Below, piece after piece: positions 63,634 to 64,000 of a stretch of 64,000 bases of DNA; position 1 is the first letter of the stretch, and the number at the start of each line of letters is the position of its first letter. The translations under genes were made by a program, and so were the position numbers. This DNA comes from Clostridia bacterium (GTDB lineage Bacteria > Bacillota > Clostridia > Christensenellales > CAG-138): assembly GCA_017428025.1 (NCBI GenBank), contig JAFRRO010000028.1:3304-67303 (forward strand). The letters run 5' to 3'. The notes beneath the pieces are model-generated. The model had not been told where the DNA came from. It saw only the letters and a program-made list of their open reading frames with translations, and did not search any database.

Positions 63634-64000
63634 TCAGTTGACGTATCCGAGCTCAACGTAGAGCGGATAGTATTCGTCGTACAGCCCGCAGCACGCGTCC
63701 ATGCCCATGTTGGTGCTGAAGGCTTTTTGCAGGACCTCCTGCCAGCTTCCGTATTTTTCAAACAGCTCGTCCGGCGTCGGTCCGTCCTCGTGCCCGTACG
63801 CTTCCAGATTGCTTTTCTTCAGCGTTTCGAGCCCTTCCGGATCGTTCTCGTATGCCGCAAGGCGCAGCCGGTTGCGCTCGGTCGAGACGGCGCGCGCCAT
63901 CTCCTCCATTGTCGCGCCGTCCGCGCGCATCGCGTAAAGAATGTCCATCATCGTGTGCATGGATTCATGATATGTCCTGCGCTCTTCCTTTGCGCCGGCG
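63634..64000 (-). CDS. Hypothetical protein, C-terminal part (5' end lies outside the window)
   Basis: The frame stays open upstream of the first Met to the window edge (..AKEERRTYHESMHTMMD..). No motif was recognised. Confidence 0.5.
   Translation of the reverse strand, partial: AGAKEERRTYHESMHTMMDILYAMRADGATMEEMARAVSTERNRLRLAAYENDPEGLETLKKSNLEAYGHEDGPTPDELFEKYGSWQEVLQKAFSTNMGMDACCGLYDEYYPLYVELGYVN

Overview
This is a 64-kb chromosomal window that looks like a high-G+C anaerobic Firmicute of the Clostridia/Oscillospiraceae type. That assignment is inferred from gene content: NfnAB, an ECF-type ThiT behind a TPP riboswitch, DUF951 with two LepB genes, and many lipoproteins with Pro/Thr-rich linkers. 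I saw no rRNA, tRNA or CRISPR array.

The backbone holds housekeeping and envelope genes. These are a ridA fragment, nfnAB, pckA, a GH3 NagZ-like lipoprotein, DUF1846, L,D-transpeptidases, two ABC exporter genes, an LRR surface protein, a CAT-like acetyltransferase, an NlpC/P60 homolog, thiT, two lepB genes, an ECF sigma module, asnS, a lipoprotein MTA/SAH nucleosidase, a giant multi-SBD amino-acid ABC importer, exported phosphatases, a PreA-like dehydrogenase, a VanX-like dipeptidase and a Cache-HAMP-PP2C sensor phosphatase.

There are two adjacent accessory blocks:
- Block (i), 29264-37544: a tightly coupled, phage-derived packaging and head module. It encodes a TerS-like protein, TerL, portal, a scaffold-like protein, an N4-gp56-type capsid protein and five small or unknown genes. 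No lysogeny, replication, tail-fibre or lysis genes are present. It abuts the asnS terminator.
- Block (ii), about 37545-45995: a visibly lower-G+C mosaic island. It carries a frameshifted relaxase, a MATE efflux gene, a LysR regulator, an Hpt protein, an SDR and gene fragments. Truncated genes flank it on both sides, and it carries copies of a 100-175-bp repeat.

The signals most worth follow-up are:
- a perfect LexA (Cheo) box on the promoter of an orphan phage-type activator-like gene;
- an orphan DnaA-box cluster;
- GCGATAA iterons plus a 12-bp palindrome;
- a 19-bp perfect inverted repeat built from TGTTGGACA units;
- a permuted half/full/full/half arrangement of substrate-binding domains in the ABC importer;
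- an NlpC/P60 homolog lacking the catalytic Cys and His.

I found no recognisable complete defence or other novel multi-gene system. The head-only phage module, possibly under SOS-linked control, is the best candidate for something non-standard. Many long Arg/Ala/Gly-rich ORFs in the supplied track are antisense shadows of real genes and were discarded. All identities and G+C statements are by eye or hand alignment, not computed.
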